Assembly (NCBI GenBank): GCA_030265395.1
Contig: JARFYF010000054.1
Location: 6,823,649 to 6,887,648, forward strand
Source of the DNA: Rhina ancylostomus
Lineage: Eukaryota
Reading direction: 5' to 3'
DNA: 64,000 bases
Every line of letters begins with the position of its first letter. Within the stretch, counting starts at the first letter, position 1. The notes under the pieces were generated by a model, which saw nothing but the letters and a program-made list of their open reading frames with translations, made no database searches and was not told the DNA's origin. Positions 1-14,366 of this stretch are shown here, in pieces. The position numbers and the translations under genes are program-made.

Positions 1-285
1 TCTATGGTGCATCGATTAAAAATTGCTGAGTGTCAAAGGGGGCATGCCAAATTTCTTTAGCCTCTTGAGGAAGTAGGGGTGCCGGTGAGTTTTCTTAGCT
101 GTAGCATCTACTGGTTGGGCCAGGACAGGCTATTGGTGATGTTCACTCCTAGGATCTTGAAGCTCTCGACTTTAGCACTGTTGATGTAGATGGGGCATGT
201 GCACAGCCCCCCTCCCCCCTTTCCTGAAGACAATGACCAATTCTTTTGTTTTGCTGACATTGAGGGAGAGGTTCTTGCCATGACA
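1..285 (-). mobile_element. Rex1/Babar-like LINE fragment (RT C-terminal region)
   Basis: Minus-strand KVESFKILGVNITNSLSW followed by DATAKKTHRHPYFLKRLKKFGM, resembling the Rex-Babar ORF end; approximate ends. Confidence 0.7.
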
Positions 286-744
286 CCATAATACAGCAAA
301 GTCAGAAGATCTGTCTTAAAGAATAATGTTCTTTAACAGTAACATCTTTTCAAAAAAAACTCCATCACCCTGATATATTTTCTCAGAACCTGCCACAATG
401 AACCAAATTTCAAGTAGTTTGTGCCTTTTGCTTTGTCTTCTCATATTCTTGAAACTTTTATGTAGAGTATGGGGATGTCAGAATATGTTATATTATTAAG
501 TAAGTGTTAGATATTAACCTAGGATTATATATTGTAACCACACCTTTGTGAGCAATCCTGCAAAAGAAAAACATTCAACATTGGTTTATTTTTGATTGCA
601 TTCTACGTGATTGGGACAGGTGGAATATAATTTCAAGGTGGGAGGATGTGGTCTTGCAGGTACCCATTAAATCAATATTACTGTCTGTTAACTAATATGC
701 TTCTGATGTAATATCATCCTGTTACCTTGACATTCTTTATTCTG

Positions 745-1022
745 AATCAGATTTATTTTCACTGACTTAGATGATGCAAAATTGTTGTTTTGTGGCAGCA
801 GTACCATGCAAAGACACAAGATTACAAAAATAAATAAATAGTGCAATAAAAAAGGAATACTGAGGTAGTGGTCATGGGTTCATTGATCGATGGCAGAGGG
901 GAAGAAGCTGTTTCTGATTTGTTGAGTGTGGGTCTTCAGGGTCCTGTACCTCCTCCCCGATGGTAGTAATGAGAAGATGGCATGCCCTGGATGGTGAGGG
1001 TCCTCCGTGATGAATGCCACCT
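745..1022 (-). mobile_element. Rex/Babar-like LINE 3' end
   Basis: Shares aatcagatttat...gcagcagtac...aatagtgcaataaaaaaggaat with the copies at about 6568-6690 and 38546-38930. Confidence 0.65.
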
Positions 1023-3934
1023 TAGGACCTGTGTTAAGTAAGTTTTGAAGCTCCAAGTTAAAGTAATAGTAAATAGTTCTTGAGTTAAATAACTAGTCAG
1101 CCCTCACAAAATAAATGACATGCCAGTTGTATCTTAAATGATCATCCTGTGTAACTATGGAGAGCTCAAAGACCATTACATAGTACCTAAGGAGATGAAC
1201 AGTTTGTTTTCATGCTTTGTACTTGTGTGACTTGAACGTTCCCAAACTTTGATGTGCAACTACCTAAGATCAGCGATTACAGATGTTGCAATTGCCAAGT
1301 GCTTGCCTATATATAAAAGAAAACTTGAGAGGAAACTTTTGTGGTCAATGAGACACCTGAATTTCTATTTGCACATGTTGGTGGTGTGAAGTGGTGAAGC
1401 TGGCAATCGTCCACTTTTCAGGAGATGATAAATTGTGGCAATTATCATGATGAAAGCAACAGGGAATATTTCTTGTAACATTGGGGAGTTCTACAAACTG
1501 AATGTAGAATCTAAGCATAACCTGTCAATCCCACATGTAGTATTTCTTTGAGACTTGCAATCTGGCAAAAGGGAGTTGTCAAATTTATGAATAGATTTGG
1601 GTTATCAACCTCTTGTCAATGGCCAAGAACTGCTGATACCAGCTGGTTGCTGGATGGAGTTTTTCACAGCATCTGATGACAGGTAAAGATGTTTACAAAT
1701 AGTCTAAAACAGTACCTGCTGTTGTGTGGTTACAGAAAGTATAAAATTGACTGCTGAGGACCCTTGTTCTGACAACAGGAAACAGTGGTCAGGAACTGAG
1801 AGGGAAAAAAGTAAAGCATGATTATTATGTAAGCCTTTACTACTCCTTGCTTGCTGGAAACAATATTTTTAAGAATATTGGAGGAGGAGTTTATTTTGTT
1901 CCTTCAGCTCACCTGTTTAAAATAAACTGTACTATAAAAAACCATACTGGTTGCTGGAGCAAAATGGCTGTTAATTTTCCAGAAGACTTCCTTATTGCTT
2001 TCCCAGCCAGAATACCAGAAATTGGGACTTTTACTGATAGTATTAATCTATCTGGCAGTGATAAAACAAAACAAAGATTGTGGTACTTGAATTGAAGTTG
2101 ATCCACTTTATAATTGTTCCACTGTACTTCAACTTCACTTTTATAACTATGTCTGTCACATGCATTTCATGCTGAATGATTACAAAATGATATGGCAACT
2201 TTACATTTTTTCATGTCGGGGAATGTAACTTATATAATGCTCTGTTAAATAATGAATTATGGACACTGAGCAATTATTCTAAAGCTGGAGCCTAACTGAG
2301 AGGATCCAGTTTTTTAATTGAACATTAGTTTGCATCCTGTGCCATTGATTTTTGAGATGTGCATCTGGAGTGGGGTTGTGCTGTTTAACTACTAAGGTGG
2401 AGCTCTGTCTTGCCTAATTTGACTCTTTATGAGGCGGGGCTCTGAGCAGTTTCAGGAAGCACATCCTGAAATCAACTTAGGAGCCAGCTGTGATGAGAAG
2501 TTTGTATAGGTTACCAAAATAAAACTTACAACTCAAATACTGGAGAGTCCTGATTATTATCAAAGAGGTTTTTAAAAAGAATCAGGAAGTGACTTGCAAT
2601 CTTTCTTTCTATTAAGGAGCCTTTGATTTTATTTGAAGTATAATTGGCATGTAACACAAATCTCCTATCAGAAACTTGAAGCATTATTGTAAGTGTTTAT
2701 TTGTTAGCCTGTTCCTTTAAGGGCAATGCTCTTGCACTCCCTGACAAATAATGGTTTAAATGGATCTTGAGATCTATTAAAGGCTATTGTTTGGAAGCAG
2801 CAGCTGCTTGGATCCTTGGTTTGTTATCATAACAACCTCTCCATCCTATCTGAAGTTCAGATGGCAGCTCAATATAGTTTATTTCTCATTTTCTACAAGT
2901 TTTCTCTGCTTTTTGCATAAGTAAAAGATCATTATGCAGAACCCTTAATAGTTTTCCAAAATACTTTTTACCAATGCTGCAACAGTAGGCTCATAAATTT
3001 AAGATTTAATACTGCTTAACTGCATTATGTAAATCAAAACAGAGTTTAAAAACTCCTGTTATTTATTCCAATTTATGAAATTCATGATACAGATGTTTTA
3101 CATTACAGATATGCTCAAGTTCTTGGGCATATTTATAGTGCTGTAGTAGAGTTGGATAATTGTTGTTCACAGTCGAACTTTTCAAATACATTGCCATATC
3201 TAATGCAAGTGAATTGTTTTATTCAGCAGCAAGCTCATATTTCAAGTATTCATGGTTGGTTTTAGAATTTTTTTTTGTCCATTAGGTCAAAGAGCTGGAT
3301 GTGTGCTGTTTTATTCCTTTTCCTAGTTTTTTAAGTGCATTGGACTCCATTGCTGGCTTGGAAAATTATAATTTCTGAAAGATAAGAGGAGAGTTTTGTT
3401 TCCAGTGCTTCTGACCAATGCTAATACTCTTGTTTTAATATGGTTTTCATTGTGAAAGATAAATTGTCCAGTTTGTGTAAAAGGACAAACATAATTAAAC
3501 TCATTTCAAGGATTTCAGCCATGTGGGAGCAATAATGAGAAACAAAATGCCAGTAAAACTCCAGGTTAGGCAGTGTCTATGGAGAAACTGACCAGGATTT
3601 ATTGCTAGTTTTGAGCCGTCTGTACTAGTTGTTGATTCACCTGATAAGTGTGATCCTGCTTCTTGCGGATCCACTGTTGTCATCGTGCAGTTGAAGTTCA
3701 CCTGACCCCCAATGCTGTGTTCCTGCATGGCACTGAGCCTGTGTGAGAGAATGGGAAGGGTGGAGATGGGAGAACAGAATAAACCTATCCATGAAGTAAT
3801 TGGGAAACTATTACTTAGCTAGGCTACTACACTCCTTGGCTTAGTCTATTGTTAAGATTGTCCCTGACATTCAGAAATGTTCAAAAACAATCAAAAATTA
3901 ACTATTACAAAACATATTAAATATATTTGGATAC

Positions 3935-4094
3935 AATAGGGTCTTTCAAGAGACTGTTAGATAGGTACATGGAGCTGAGTAAAATAGAGGGCTATGGGTA
4001 GGTCTGGTAGTTTCTAGGTTAGGGACATGTTTGGCACAGCTTTGTGGGCCGTAGGGCCTGCATTGTGCTGTAGTTTTTCTATGTTTCTATTCTA
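3935..4094 (+). mobile_element. CR1 LINE 3' end
   Basis: gataggtacatgga...gggccgtagggcctg...(tctatgtt) tail. Confidence 0.75.
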
Positions 4095-5475
4095 TCATTA
4101 ATGATAAAAAAATACAAAATATAAATGCTAAACTCTCTTGAAAGAACTCTTGCAAACTAAACACGTTTAACTAAATGTATACAACAAAAAAATAAATTCC
4201 CTAGTACTTACTTCCCTGCAAGCGTTCATCTCCATGCAAATAAATTGAGTTGCCTCCCTCATGCCAGGTTAGATCTTTGCCAGTTCAAGGGCAGATTCCC
4301 TAACATAACTGAAGGGGAATTGTAGCAAGTTTGGCCTCTGCCACTGGATTCCGTCAGGCAATAAGAAAATTGCCAATAAAATGTAGCCAGCAATTTCAGG
4401 AGTTTGGCACTTGGGCCATCGTCTGAACTTGAAAGAATTTGTGTAGGGAGCTGATGGCATGTCAGTGCAGAACTACTGGCATTTTGTCATAAGATCTGGA
4501 CCATTATTTCAACTTGCAAAATGAAAGGTCAGTGATCTGAAACGTTAATTAGTCTGCTTTCCTTTCCATTGATGCTGCCTGACTGCTGAGAGGGTTTCCA
4601 TCATTTTCGGTATTTATTTTAGTTTCCATCATCTGTCATAGTTTGCATTCATCCCTGATCTTTTAACATGTTTTGTAACACATTTACAAGGTTTTGTTTG
4701 CATTTAGTTGTTTTTTTACAGACCCAGTGAGGATGTATCTTAATAGCTGAATGTTTAATAAACAAAATTTTTCAAAAGCTAAAAAAAAGTTTAACAAAAG
4801 AAAACTTCAAAGTGAACAATAATATATTAATATGGTTCTTGATTAATTCAGTCATACCACATTTAAACTTGTGCTTCTCCTATGTAAACTTCTGCAGCCT
4901 CTCATAATGATTTGGGTATCTAATTGAGGTAACGGTTTTTGTCCTTGCTACTTTTCAGTATCTAGGCTAGTTTCCTATGGTATAGTCAACAGAATATTTC
5001 AATGTGTCTAGATCAGTACAGTCCATGAACTCAAAATCAATTCATTATTAGCACTGTTCATCTCTCTGTCATTCATATTAGCTCTTCTCTGCAAGTGTAC
5101 TCTGTACTAATGGCTCCATTGATCTATTGTCCAGTGTCCTCAATCCATCTCTTTGTCTTGTACTGTCAAATCCTACTAGTTAGCTTAGCAGTTATTACCC
5201 TTTCCCCCCATCTCCTGATTTTTTTTTTATTTATCCAGACTGTGTTATCTGGCATATTTATCCCAGCTCAGCAAAAGCAAATTTCAATACTAAGCTCTAG
5301 TTAACCCTGCTTTTGACCTCTTTGAAGCTTGAAAACATTTCCGTTATGGACATGATCTGTTTTAAGCCCATGTTCTATGCTAGTTTTTTGAGAACTGGTT
5401 TCTAATCACTGATGTGGAACCTTGTCAGGAAGTTTAAAAATCCAATTCCATTATAGTAGCTTGTTGCTGTAAATA

Positions 5476-5603
5476 ACAAAAATGCAGCTGCTGGAAATCT
5501 AAAATAAAAACATAAAANNNNNGGAAATACCCGTCTGGTCAGGCCGCATCTGTGGGAAGAGAAACAGAGCCAACGTTCCAGGTTGGAGCCCCTTCATCAG
5601 AAC
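5476..5603 (-). mobile_element. Penelope-derived short element with hammerhead-like core
   Basis: gctggaaatct...ggtcaggccgcatctgtgggaagagaaacagag family; the minus strand reads CTGATGA-agg...cct-GGAAC. Confidence 0.6.
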
Positions 5604-7829
5604 ATGTACTTATTGCTGTCGTGCAGCATCTGTAATATTTTAAGAAAACTTCAAGTCAGTCAATCAGAAACGTTGCTTTGGTAATTGTTAACTTATTTTC
5701 CTCTTCAACTGTTGTTGAACTATATTGTACGTAATATCCAGCTTTATTTCTCATTTTTCAAGTTATGCAAATGTAAAGTGCTCTGGAATGTTGCTACATA
5801 TGAAAAGGTGCTATATAGAAGCATTTTATCCCCCAATTGTAACCACAGCAGCTAATTGGGTGGTCATTTCAGTGACTTATTGAAGCAAGTGAATCAACTG
5901 TTATTCTTCTGAACTGTCTCTTGGAAATCATATCCAAATGTTATGTGTAGTAATTCAATTTTATCTTCCAAGCTACATAAAAATATTTTTGTAGGAATTT
6001 TTATTTGATAAATAGGGTTTTGCCCCACTACAGCCAGGATTTTATCAAACATTGAAAGTAGCTACAGGGGTTTTTGAAGGTTGCATTTAAAATAAAGCAG
6101 ATAGGATTACAGAAGAATGGATGTGTTTGGTAACAATAGTTTATGGCTAATTATCTATTGGTTTAGGACAGTGTTATAAATGTAAGCATGTTACTATTGT
6201 AGGGGACTGTTACTTTAAAATTTCCCAAGACTTTCATAGTGGCATGTATAGATAACTGCAAGGATTCTGAGAAAATGGGTGGATGAAGTTCAAGATGTGG
6301 GTTGGATTGAGGGAAGATTTAAACCCATGGAAGAAAGTTTAAGTATGAGACACATTGGGCATGGTGCTTGGGTTAACATGAACTAGTGAAGATCAGTGTG
6401 GGCAAGTATAATGGGAAAGTTGAACTTGAAATTGGATAGGTTACATGAATGAGTTGAGATATGTGGCATATAGAATATCAATCTAAAAAGAATTTGGGTA
6501 ATTGAGCCTGATGGTGACCAAGGTTTGCATAAGGACTTCATTATCAGATGGTCTGAGGTAAAGACAGAATCAGATTTATTATTACTGACTTGTATGACGT
6601 GAAATTTATTGTTATGCTGCAGCAGTACAATGTAAAGATATAAAATTACTATGAATTACAAAACTAAATAGTGCAATAAAAAAGGAATGAAAGAGATGGA
6701 TGATGGTGTAAAAATGTAATTTGTAATGAAGTGAAGATAGAGTGAAAGTTTAGTTTGGCTGAACAGCAGTTTGGGATTTTAAATGCTCTAATTTCACATG
6801 ATACATTGGTTAGGCAATGGTAGTTTGAGTTTGTGGAATTTTTGCTCAGGGCTGAAAAATACAAGTTTCAGTGTCCCACTGTTAAACCAGATTAAATTAT
6901 GATCGATGAGATGTGTTAAACTGCCATTGTCATGTCAGTTCTGTTTCATGCATAATCCACAGTAGTAGTATATGATAACACTGTATGACTCAAACTAGTG
7001 GTATAATATTTTGTTTTTAAGAATGTTATCACACTTACTGGATTACAATGTCACCCTTAAAAGGATCTTTTAATCAACATGCTTGTCTTGAGCTATTGTG
7101 ATATTATTGGTTATGAATATATAGGTAGTATTTTATGAGTCCCTATTAACAAATTCTGCATATAATTGATACCACAATCTGATAACTTCTCATAAAATGT
7201 ATGCATTTGTTGCCCGTAGGCCTGGTATTCATAAAGACTTGTATCTAGCTCGCACTTGCTTTGTGCTTCTCAGGTAATATGGAAGGTACTTTGTAAAGTT
7301 GAGTAAGATTGGAAATTACTTGTAAAGGTAAATCCAGAATACTTAAATTATCACAGGAGAGCTTTAAACTGGTTCAAATTTGCCAAAGCAATTTAGGACA
7401 CTATCAAAATTGCTCATACACTTCCCAACACATGGAGTTGTAAGGTAACAAAAAAGATACTTTTTTTCTCTCTCACTGTTGCAAGGCAATGCGAGTTTTA
7501 AATCAGAATTCAGTTTCTCAATTTAATTAGTTGTTCTTGCCTCTCCTCCCAAATATCCTGTCTTCTATAAACTGTTTTTGGCAGAATCAAGTAGTAAAGA
7601 TCTCTGCTTTAAATTGGTAGTTTCAGTTCCCATGGATTCTAACATTGAAAGCTATTTTCTTCTAGGCTAATAGTCAAATAAAACAACATTTCCCAGTTCC
7701 CAAGAAATAGATTTCCTGATGAGTACAGAGCCGATCTTTGTTTAAGAGCATTGCATTGGGATATTAATGAGATACTGCAGTGAATAAACAGGAGCGCAGC
7801 TTCTCTCTGGTTCATTACATTTATTATTT

Positions 7830-8852
7830 TACATAGAACACTACAGCACAGTACAGGCCCTTTGGCCCATGATGTTGTGCTGACATTTTATCTTGCTTTA
7901 AGATCTATCTAACCCTTCCCTCCCACATCGCCCCCCCCCCCATTTCTCTATCATTCATGTGTCTTCTTAAGAGTCTCTTAAATGTCCCAAATGTATTTAC
8001 TTCTGCAACCTCTGCAGACAGTGCATTCCATGCACCCACCATTCTGTGGGGAGAAAAACCTTACCCCGACATCCCCCTTATACCTTCCTCCAAGCAGCTT
8101 AATATTATATCCCCTCATGTTAGCCATTGTCACCCTGGGGAAAATTCTCTGACTGTCCACTCGATCTATGCCTCTTATCATTTTGTACACCTCTATCAAG
8201 TCACTGCTCATCCTCCTCCTCTCCAAAGAATAAAGCCCTAGCTCACTCAACCTATCCTCATAAAATACGCTCTCCAATCCAGGCAACGTCCTGGTAAATC
8301 TCCTCTGCACCCTCTCTCAAGCTTCCACTTCCTTCCTATAATGGGGCGACCAGAACTGAACACAATACTCCAGTGTGGTCTAACCAGAGTTTTATAGAGC
8401 TGCAACATCACTTCACGGCTCTTGAATTCAATTCCCCCCTACTAATGAAGGCCAACACACCATATGCCGCCTTAACAACCCTATCGACCTGCGTGGTAAC
8501 CTTGAGNNNNNNNNNNNNNNNNNNNNNNNNNNNNNNNNNNNNNNNNNNNNNNNNNNNNNNNNNNNNNNNNNNNNNNNNNNNNNNNNNNNNNNNNNNNNNN
8601 NNNNNNNNNNNNNNNNACACTTATCCGGGTTGAACTCCATCTGCCACTTTTTAGTCCAGGTCTGCATTCTATCAATATACTGTTGTAATCTACAGCAACC
8701 TTCTACACTATCCACTACACCACCAACCTTTGTATCATCAGCAAACTTACTTACCCACCCTTCCACATCCTCATCCAAGTCTTTTATAAAAATCACAAAG
8801 AGCAGGGATCCCAGAACAGATCCCTGCAGAACACCACTGGTCACCGACCTCC
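7830..8852 (-). mobile_element. CR1 LINE, 3' kb including RT core (contains a gap)
   Basis: GVLQGSVLGSLLFVIFIKDLDEDVEGWVSKFADDTK and QRRFTRTLPGL...LYSLERRR, plus a CR1 3' UTR. Confidence 0.92.
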
Positions 8853-8874
8853 AAGCTGGAGGTTGTATGGATTC

Positions 8875-9135
8875 AATAATTATAAGAAGTTATAATTTAT
8901 TGATTAGAGAATTGAATATAAAAGTAGGAAGGTTATGCTTCAGTTATGTAGGACATTGGTGAGGCAATATTGGTGTCCTTATTTAAAGAAGAATGTTAAG
9001 GTATTGGAAATAGTTCATAGAAGGTTTACTAAGCTAATAAATGGAACGGTTGGATTGTCTTATGAGGAAAGGTTGGACAGCTACTTTTGTACTCTGGAGT
9101 TCAGGAGAGGGGACTGGTTGAAACATAAGAACTGA
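8875..9135 (+). mobile_element. older CR1 fragment abutting the previous copy in opposite orientation
   Basis: LCRTLVRQYWCPYLKKNVKVLEIVHRRFTKLING...LSYEERLD. Confidence 0.75.
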
Positions 9136-10521
9136 CATTGTTTAATAGTCACTTGCAAAGGTATGTATTCATTTTTTTCTTTCCCCATCAATATAGCTGT
9201 TTTTAAAATGGATGCGTTATGACTTTTATACAGCAAATCCACTTTAAAAGTAAGCAGGTCATAATTTTAGATGAACTGTGATTCTAATCAAGCCAAACAG
9301 AATTTTGTCGAGTGTAATTTGACAGGAATCACAAAATTCCTGCGAAGGAAAGAGTGATCTAATCTAGTCTTTTGATGAAACAATATTATGCAGCACCATA
9401 ATACTTAAATAAAGTTGAATTATCATAGAGTTGCATTGAGAAAGTGGTTCACTGAAAAAAATGATTATCTTTCTCTTTCAATGTTGCAGAGTTCATTAAA
9501 AATTTGTATTTGTTGCAAATTCTATGTTATTTAATAATTATAATGTCTCTGAAACCCAGTAAATACATCATCTCTGCCCTGTTTCACCCATTCTTACTCT
9601 AAATTTCTCTGCACATTTATACATGGAGGAGGCTAATGCTCTTTCTGGCAGATGTGCGTAATTGCAAAGCAAATCATAGGAAAACGAATCCACTGGCTCA
9701 AATCTAACAGACTCATTTAACTTGGAACATGTTTCTGAATTACTTTATCAAAGATAAACTTGTTCAGTTCATTGACTACTTTTATAATTCCATATTAAAT
9801 GAGATCAGTGTATTTCAAGCTGTACTTTGCAAATAGTATAATTGCTACATTTGTTCTCCTACATTAGCTTAGGCCCCAGTTTTGATGCTGATGGAAGTGC
9901 TGCAAAATTGCTGGCAACCATTTTCTCCAAGGGTGATTGGATAGCATTATTCTAATGTTCTTCTAGTTTGACATTGCAGATATGTTTAGTAATATGGAAA
10001 AGTGCAGTTGATAAATGTTGTGATGTGCATGAAAACCTTGGATGAATGAAACTGATGATCCAGTGGTATAAGTCTTCAGCACATTTCAGCACAAAATATG
10101 GACCATAACGTATTGCAATCAATCTAATTGTGAAACAGTAGAAGGATGGAAAGAAGAAAATAATTGATCAGTTATTCTTGTTGGTAACTTACAGTTACTT
10201 GGCAGCTGATTTGTGTTCGGGCAGATGTTTGGATGCTGGTAGATGTAGTTCAGGACATCTAACTAAAGGATGCCATGGTATTTTGGTTTCCCCTATATAA
10301 CATGTACAAATGTCTCTCAAAAAAATTTATTATCTGCACATTTGGCATAATAATTATCAGGGATTTTTAATTCGGCCTCCAATTCATTTTGTCATTCTGG
10401 TGATCTCTAACATTAGAGTTGGAAGATAAGAGTTAACTTACAAGAAGGGTTTCGAGAACGTTGCATGTTAAGGTTGAGAAATCTAAATTTAAGAGAAGGA
10501 GCCTTAGTAGGTCCTGTACTC

Positions 10522-10868
10522 TCATACAGTACAGGACACCATTTGATCTATCAAGTCTATGCCAGCTCCTAGAACAATTCAGTCAGTACTATCACCTCGT
10601 TTATTTCCCTGTAATCCATTCTTTTTCATTTGCTCATTAACTCCATCCTCATTCTGCTACCACCTACCTACACTAGGAATGGTTAACAGTAACTAATTAA
10701 CCTACCAATCAGCACATATTGGGGATGTGAGCAGAAACTAGAGCATCTGGGGCAAGCCCATGTGGTCCTAGGGAATACTATATCCACACTGACAGCCCCG
10801 AGGCCTGGATTGAACCTGGCTGAAGATGCAAGGCACCAACATTTCTCACTGCACCATTGTGTTGCCCA
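10522..10868 (-). mobile_element. old V-domain SINE (HE1-like) with CR1-type tail
   Basis: gatgtgagcagaaactagagcatctggggcaagcccatgtggtc V-domain; B-box complement ggattgaacc. Confidence 0.65.
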
Positions 10869-10999
10869 TGTAGAGGATGATTATAATGGCATGCATGCTT
10901 AGAACATAATGTGATCCAAGCAGCTGTGTTTTGAATAGGTTGGCTGAAGGAAGCTCAGCAAGATGAGAATTGGAATGAATACAGGCTTTCAACAGTTGG

Positions 11000-12620
11000 A
11001 GTAAAGTCATTAAATTGCATGGAAGTTAGCATTTTTGAATATTGGTTATGGAGGGGGTATATTCGAATATTTGATCCCTTTTAATCCATGCACGGACTTT
11101 CTGAATTCAATGGTATGACTAGGATGCACATGTGGTTAGTGAAAAGGTTGTGGTACATTTTGTCCTTGAAATACTAGATTCTTTGTTTCCACAAAGGTAT
11201 TGAGCAAAGAATTTCAGGACATTCATCCTCCAGCTACAAAGGGATAGCAGTCTATGGTGTGTTAGGATGGTGTATATTGATGTCAGCTTATTGGTGTTGC
11301 CTCTTTATTTCTGTTTTCTTTCCCCCTATATTTGTGGTTGAGATAGCTGGAGAGTTCTCAGAGTAATCAGAGTTGGTTGAATTCGTTATGCAAGTTGCAT
11401 GTATTGTGACCTGGTATGTTGATAATGGGGGGTAGATGTTGAATGTAGACAATTACTAGATCCAGGATAGTATCAAGTTGCTTCTGTTTTTGCAACTGCA
11501 TCTTTTAGGGAAGTGGGGAGTATTCCAGCACATTCCTAATGAGAGCTAGAGAAGATCAGTAAGTTGTGAGGGGCCAGGGTTGTGCTGCTTGTTAGAGTAC
11601 CTGACCTCTGCCATATTTTTGTGGCTACAGTATTTATAAGGTTGGTATGTTTAAGCTTCTGGATGTGGATAATCTCCAAGATGTTGTTGGTTGAAGATTT
11701 GATGATTGTTATTTTATTCAAAGCCAGGGAAAAGATGCAATCATTATCTGGCTCGTGCATGATGATGTTATATGCTGTTAGATGTCAGACCCAGTTTAGA
11801 TGTATATTAGAATACAGTTCCATTATCGAGTAATATTAATCTGTTATGAATTAAATTGATTTACTTCTAGAAATGTCAATTACTCAACTTTCCTGCTGAA
11901 CTTACGATGAAGGAAAAGTCATTGATGAAATAACTGAAGGATGTTGGTTTGGGAAAGGGAAAGCTTCCCTGAGGAAAATTCTGCAGAAATGTCCAATGAT
12001 TGGTGTCTGACAATGGCACCAAATTCCAGAGTACTCCATTGAAATCATGCTTCTCTGACTCATTCCTTATCTAATTTGACGTTTATGGTTTTATTTTATT
12101 CCTAAACTTTGATATGATCAGAGTCTTTCATTTATTCATTTTTGGTTATCTTGGTGTCATTGGTAAGGCCAGCATTTATTGCCCATGAGAAGGTGATGGT
12201 GAGCCACTGTCTCGGGGGGGGGGGGGGGGCGGGGCGGAGTGGGGAGACATGGTTTNNNNNNNNNNNNNNNNNNNNNNNNNNNNNNNNNNNNNNNNNNNNN
12301 NNNNNNNNNNNNNNNNNNNNNNNNNNNNNNNNNNNNNNNNNNNNNNNNNNNNNNNTCCATGGATTTAGACCTACCAACGATGAAGGAAGGGGAATGGGCT
12401 GATGTTCCCTTGCACTTGAAGCCCTTGTCCTTCGCAGTAAAGGTCAAGGGTTTGGGTAGTGCTGTGGAATAACCCAAGCAAGTAACTGCTATGTATTTAG
12501 GAGATGGGACAGACTGCAGCCATCATGTGTGAATGGTGGAGAGAATAAATGTTTAGGGTGGTAGATGTTATTGAGCAAGAGTGTTAGAACTTCGTTCATC
12601 TGGGCCAATGTGGAGCAATG
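11000..12620 (-). mobile_element. decayed old LINE fragments (CR1/L2 group)
   Basis: ggccagcatttattgcccatgagaaggtgatggtgagcc 3'-end motif and degenerate RT-like segments; boundaries uncertain. Confidence 0.5.
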
Positions 12621-14333
12621 CACTTTGTTTTGGTTTAATCTGTTTAGTAATTTAACTAGAAAAGCATTGGCTTAGCTGTTTTGTTTATTTGTTTCTTACA
12701 GATTCATTAACAGGTTTGCCTGTATAGGAATTAAAATAAAGGATGCAGACTTTAAAATGAGACAAAATATAGATAAATAACATGGGTGTTCTATTTGCTG
12801 CTACTTGATGTGAATGGATTCAGTTTCAATACTGGGAAGAACTTTGTACTTTCTACCATGTGACTAATCATGTGTGCGCACACTGGGAATATTTATAGTT
12901 GGTTGCCAGCTGCTGGTTTTTGGTATTTTGCCCACCTCTCTGAGTGAGGCTCTACTGCAGACCGTTAATGCTTGTAAACAGAAAAAAAATTGTGCTCATG
13001 TTTTGCAAGAATTCTAAATATGAGCAAATTTCATAACAGATTTAATAGTATTTAACTTTACAGTGAGGTTAGATGTACTGAAAATAAATTGACCACTTTG
13101 TGTTTTAGCTTGTTATTAGCACAAACAAATGAAAACAATATTTTCCTATCCATACCCCAAGTCTGAACACAATAAGAATTGTTTGCAGTTGCAAAAATTC
13201 ACACTGAATTGTTGTTCTAGTTAAATATTGGAGGTTTTTGTTTAGAATTTAACTGTTTAAGATTATTTGGTTATATTTTTTCCTGTTTCCAGAAAAAGGA
13301 TTCACCGAGCAACAATTACACATTTTTTTGGTGCTGACCCAGGAGACATGGTTGAGGAACTGTGCCAGCTTGCAGTTTGCAGTGCTATGATACAATCCTG
13401 AATTTCTACTCTTTCTAGGGTCTTTTATCACTGCATTTATTTACAGACTAATAGAAAAGGTGATGAGCAAAGTAGCATAGATGTAAATAGTTCTCAGTTG
13501 AAACAAAAATCTGTGATGACTCTTCAATTTGATTTTACAGCTGCTGTTTAAAGTATTTGTATTAATTTGCCTAAAGCAAGCATTTAACTAATAATTATTC
13601 TGATTGTATCGTCATACAGTCTGTTATTTGTATTTGATTGGGTAGTTTGGGCTATGGAGTCCTCCACAATGTATTTTGATACTTTTCACAGAGTTCCTGA
13701 AAAAGAACATTTGAACAAAACAAGTACTTGTTGGTCAGAGAAATGAACGCATAAAGAGGGGAATGGTAGGGGGTAGTCCAACGGAGAGGATGTGAAATAA
13801 AAGAACAAAGACCAAGTAAAAGTGATTGTTTGGAGTTTTGTAGGCAGGAAAGGAAAATAGCTAAATTGAAATAGATTGGTGTTAAAATTCCTGAGAGCAC
13901 AATGACTGAAAGATTGGTGTCTCTGTTAGAATTAAGGGAGGCAATAATACAATGAACAGCAAATGGGACAGTCTGGGACATGCATTTGGCAAAGTTAGCA
14001 GCTAATATCAATTGGCCCTTTCAGCAACTTGCTTTGTGAAAAGTTTAAAATCTAAATGTGCAAGGGCAAGTCCAACTAACAAATGCCAGAACAAATCCTC
14101 GCTCAATATTGTTATTGGGTCTTAATACAAACACTTATTCTTTAGAAGTGTTGTGGAGTTGGCTTAGTAGTGCTCAGCTGTGTGTGGTTTAATGTATTTA
14201 ATCAGCTGAAGTAAGCTGTTTTCCTGTAGCACTTGTTCCTATGCAACATGTTCAGGAGTAAGTATTTTCCACCCCATCAAGGGTAAAGAACTGCAACCGA
14301 AGTCATAATTGCATACTTTTTTTTCTATTTCAG

Positions 14334-14366
14334 GAGACTCCAAACTCTGTTCATTTGGTGATGGAG
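14334..14366 (+). CDS. ULK2: ULK2 exon 4 (33 nt), ETPNSVHLVME
   Basis: ttttctatttcAG acceptor, GTaagc donor; kinase beta-strand with gatekeeper Met. Confidence 0.92.

Noticed and set aside
12214-12229. Poly-G runs here and near 35050 as G-quadruplex elements
   Set aside because: Simple homopolymers, one beside a gap; length is unreliable in short-read data
13513-13603. Possible C/D box snoRNA (GTGATGA ... CTGA)
   Set aside because: No convincing terminal stem or rRNA-complementary guide; such motif pairs are expected by chance in AT-rich DNA
13652-14011. 119-aa minus-strand ORF
   Set aside because: Only a faint resemblance to a decayed Penelope RT N-terminal region; too degenerate to call, and not gene-like
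1-14333. ULK2 exon 3 (ELQHENIV-like) or a nested gene
   Set aside because: No matching exon found by eye. The short ORFs here are LINE remnants or lack recognisable domains and splice context, so the region is treated as intron 3.
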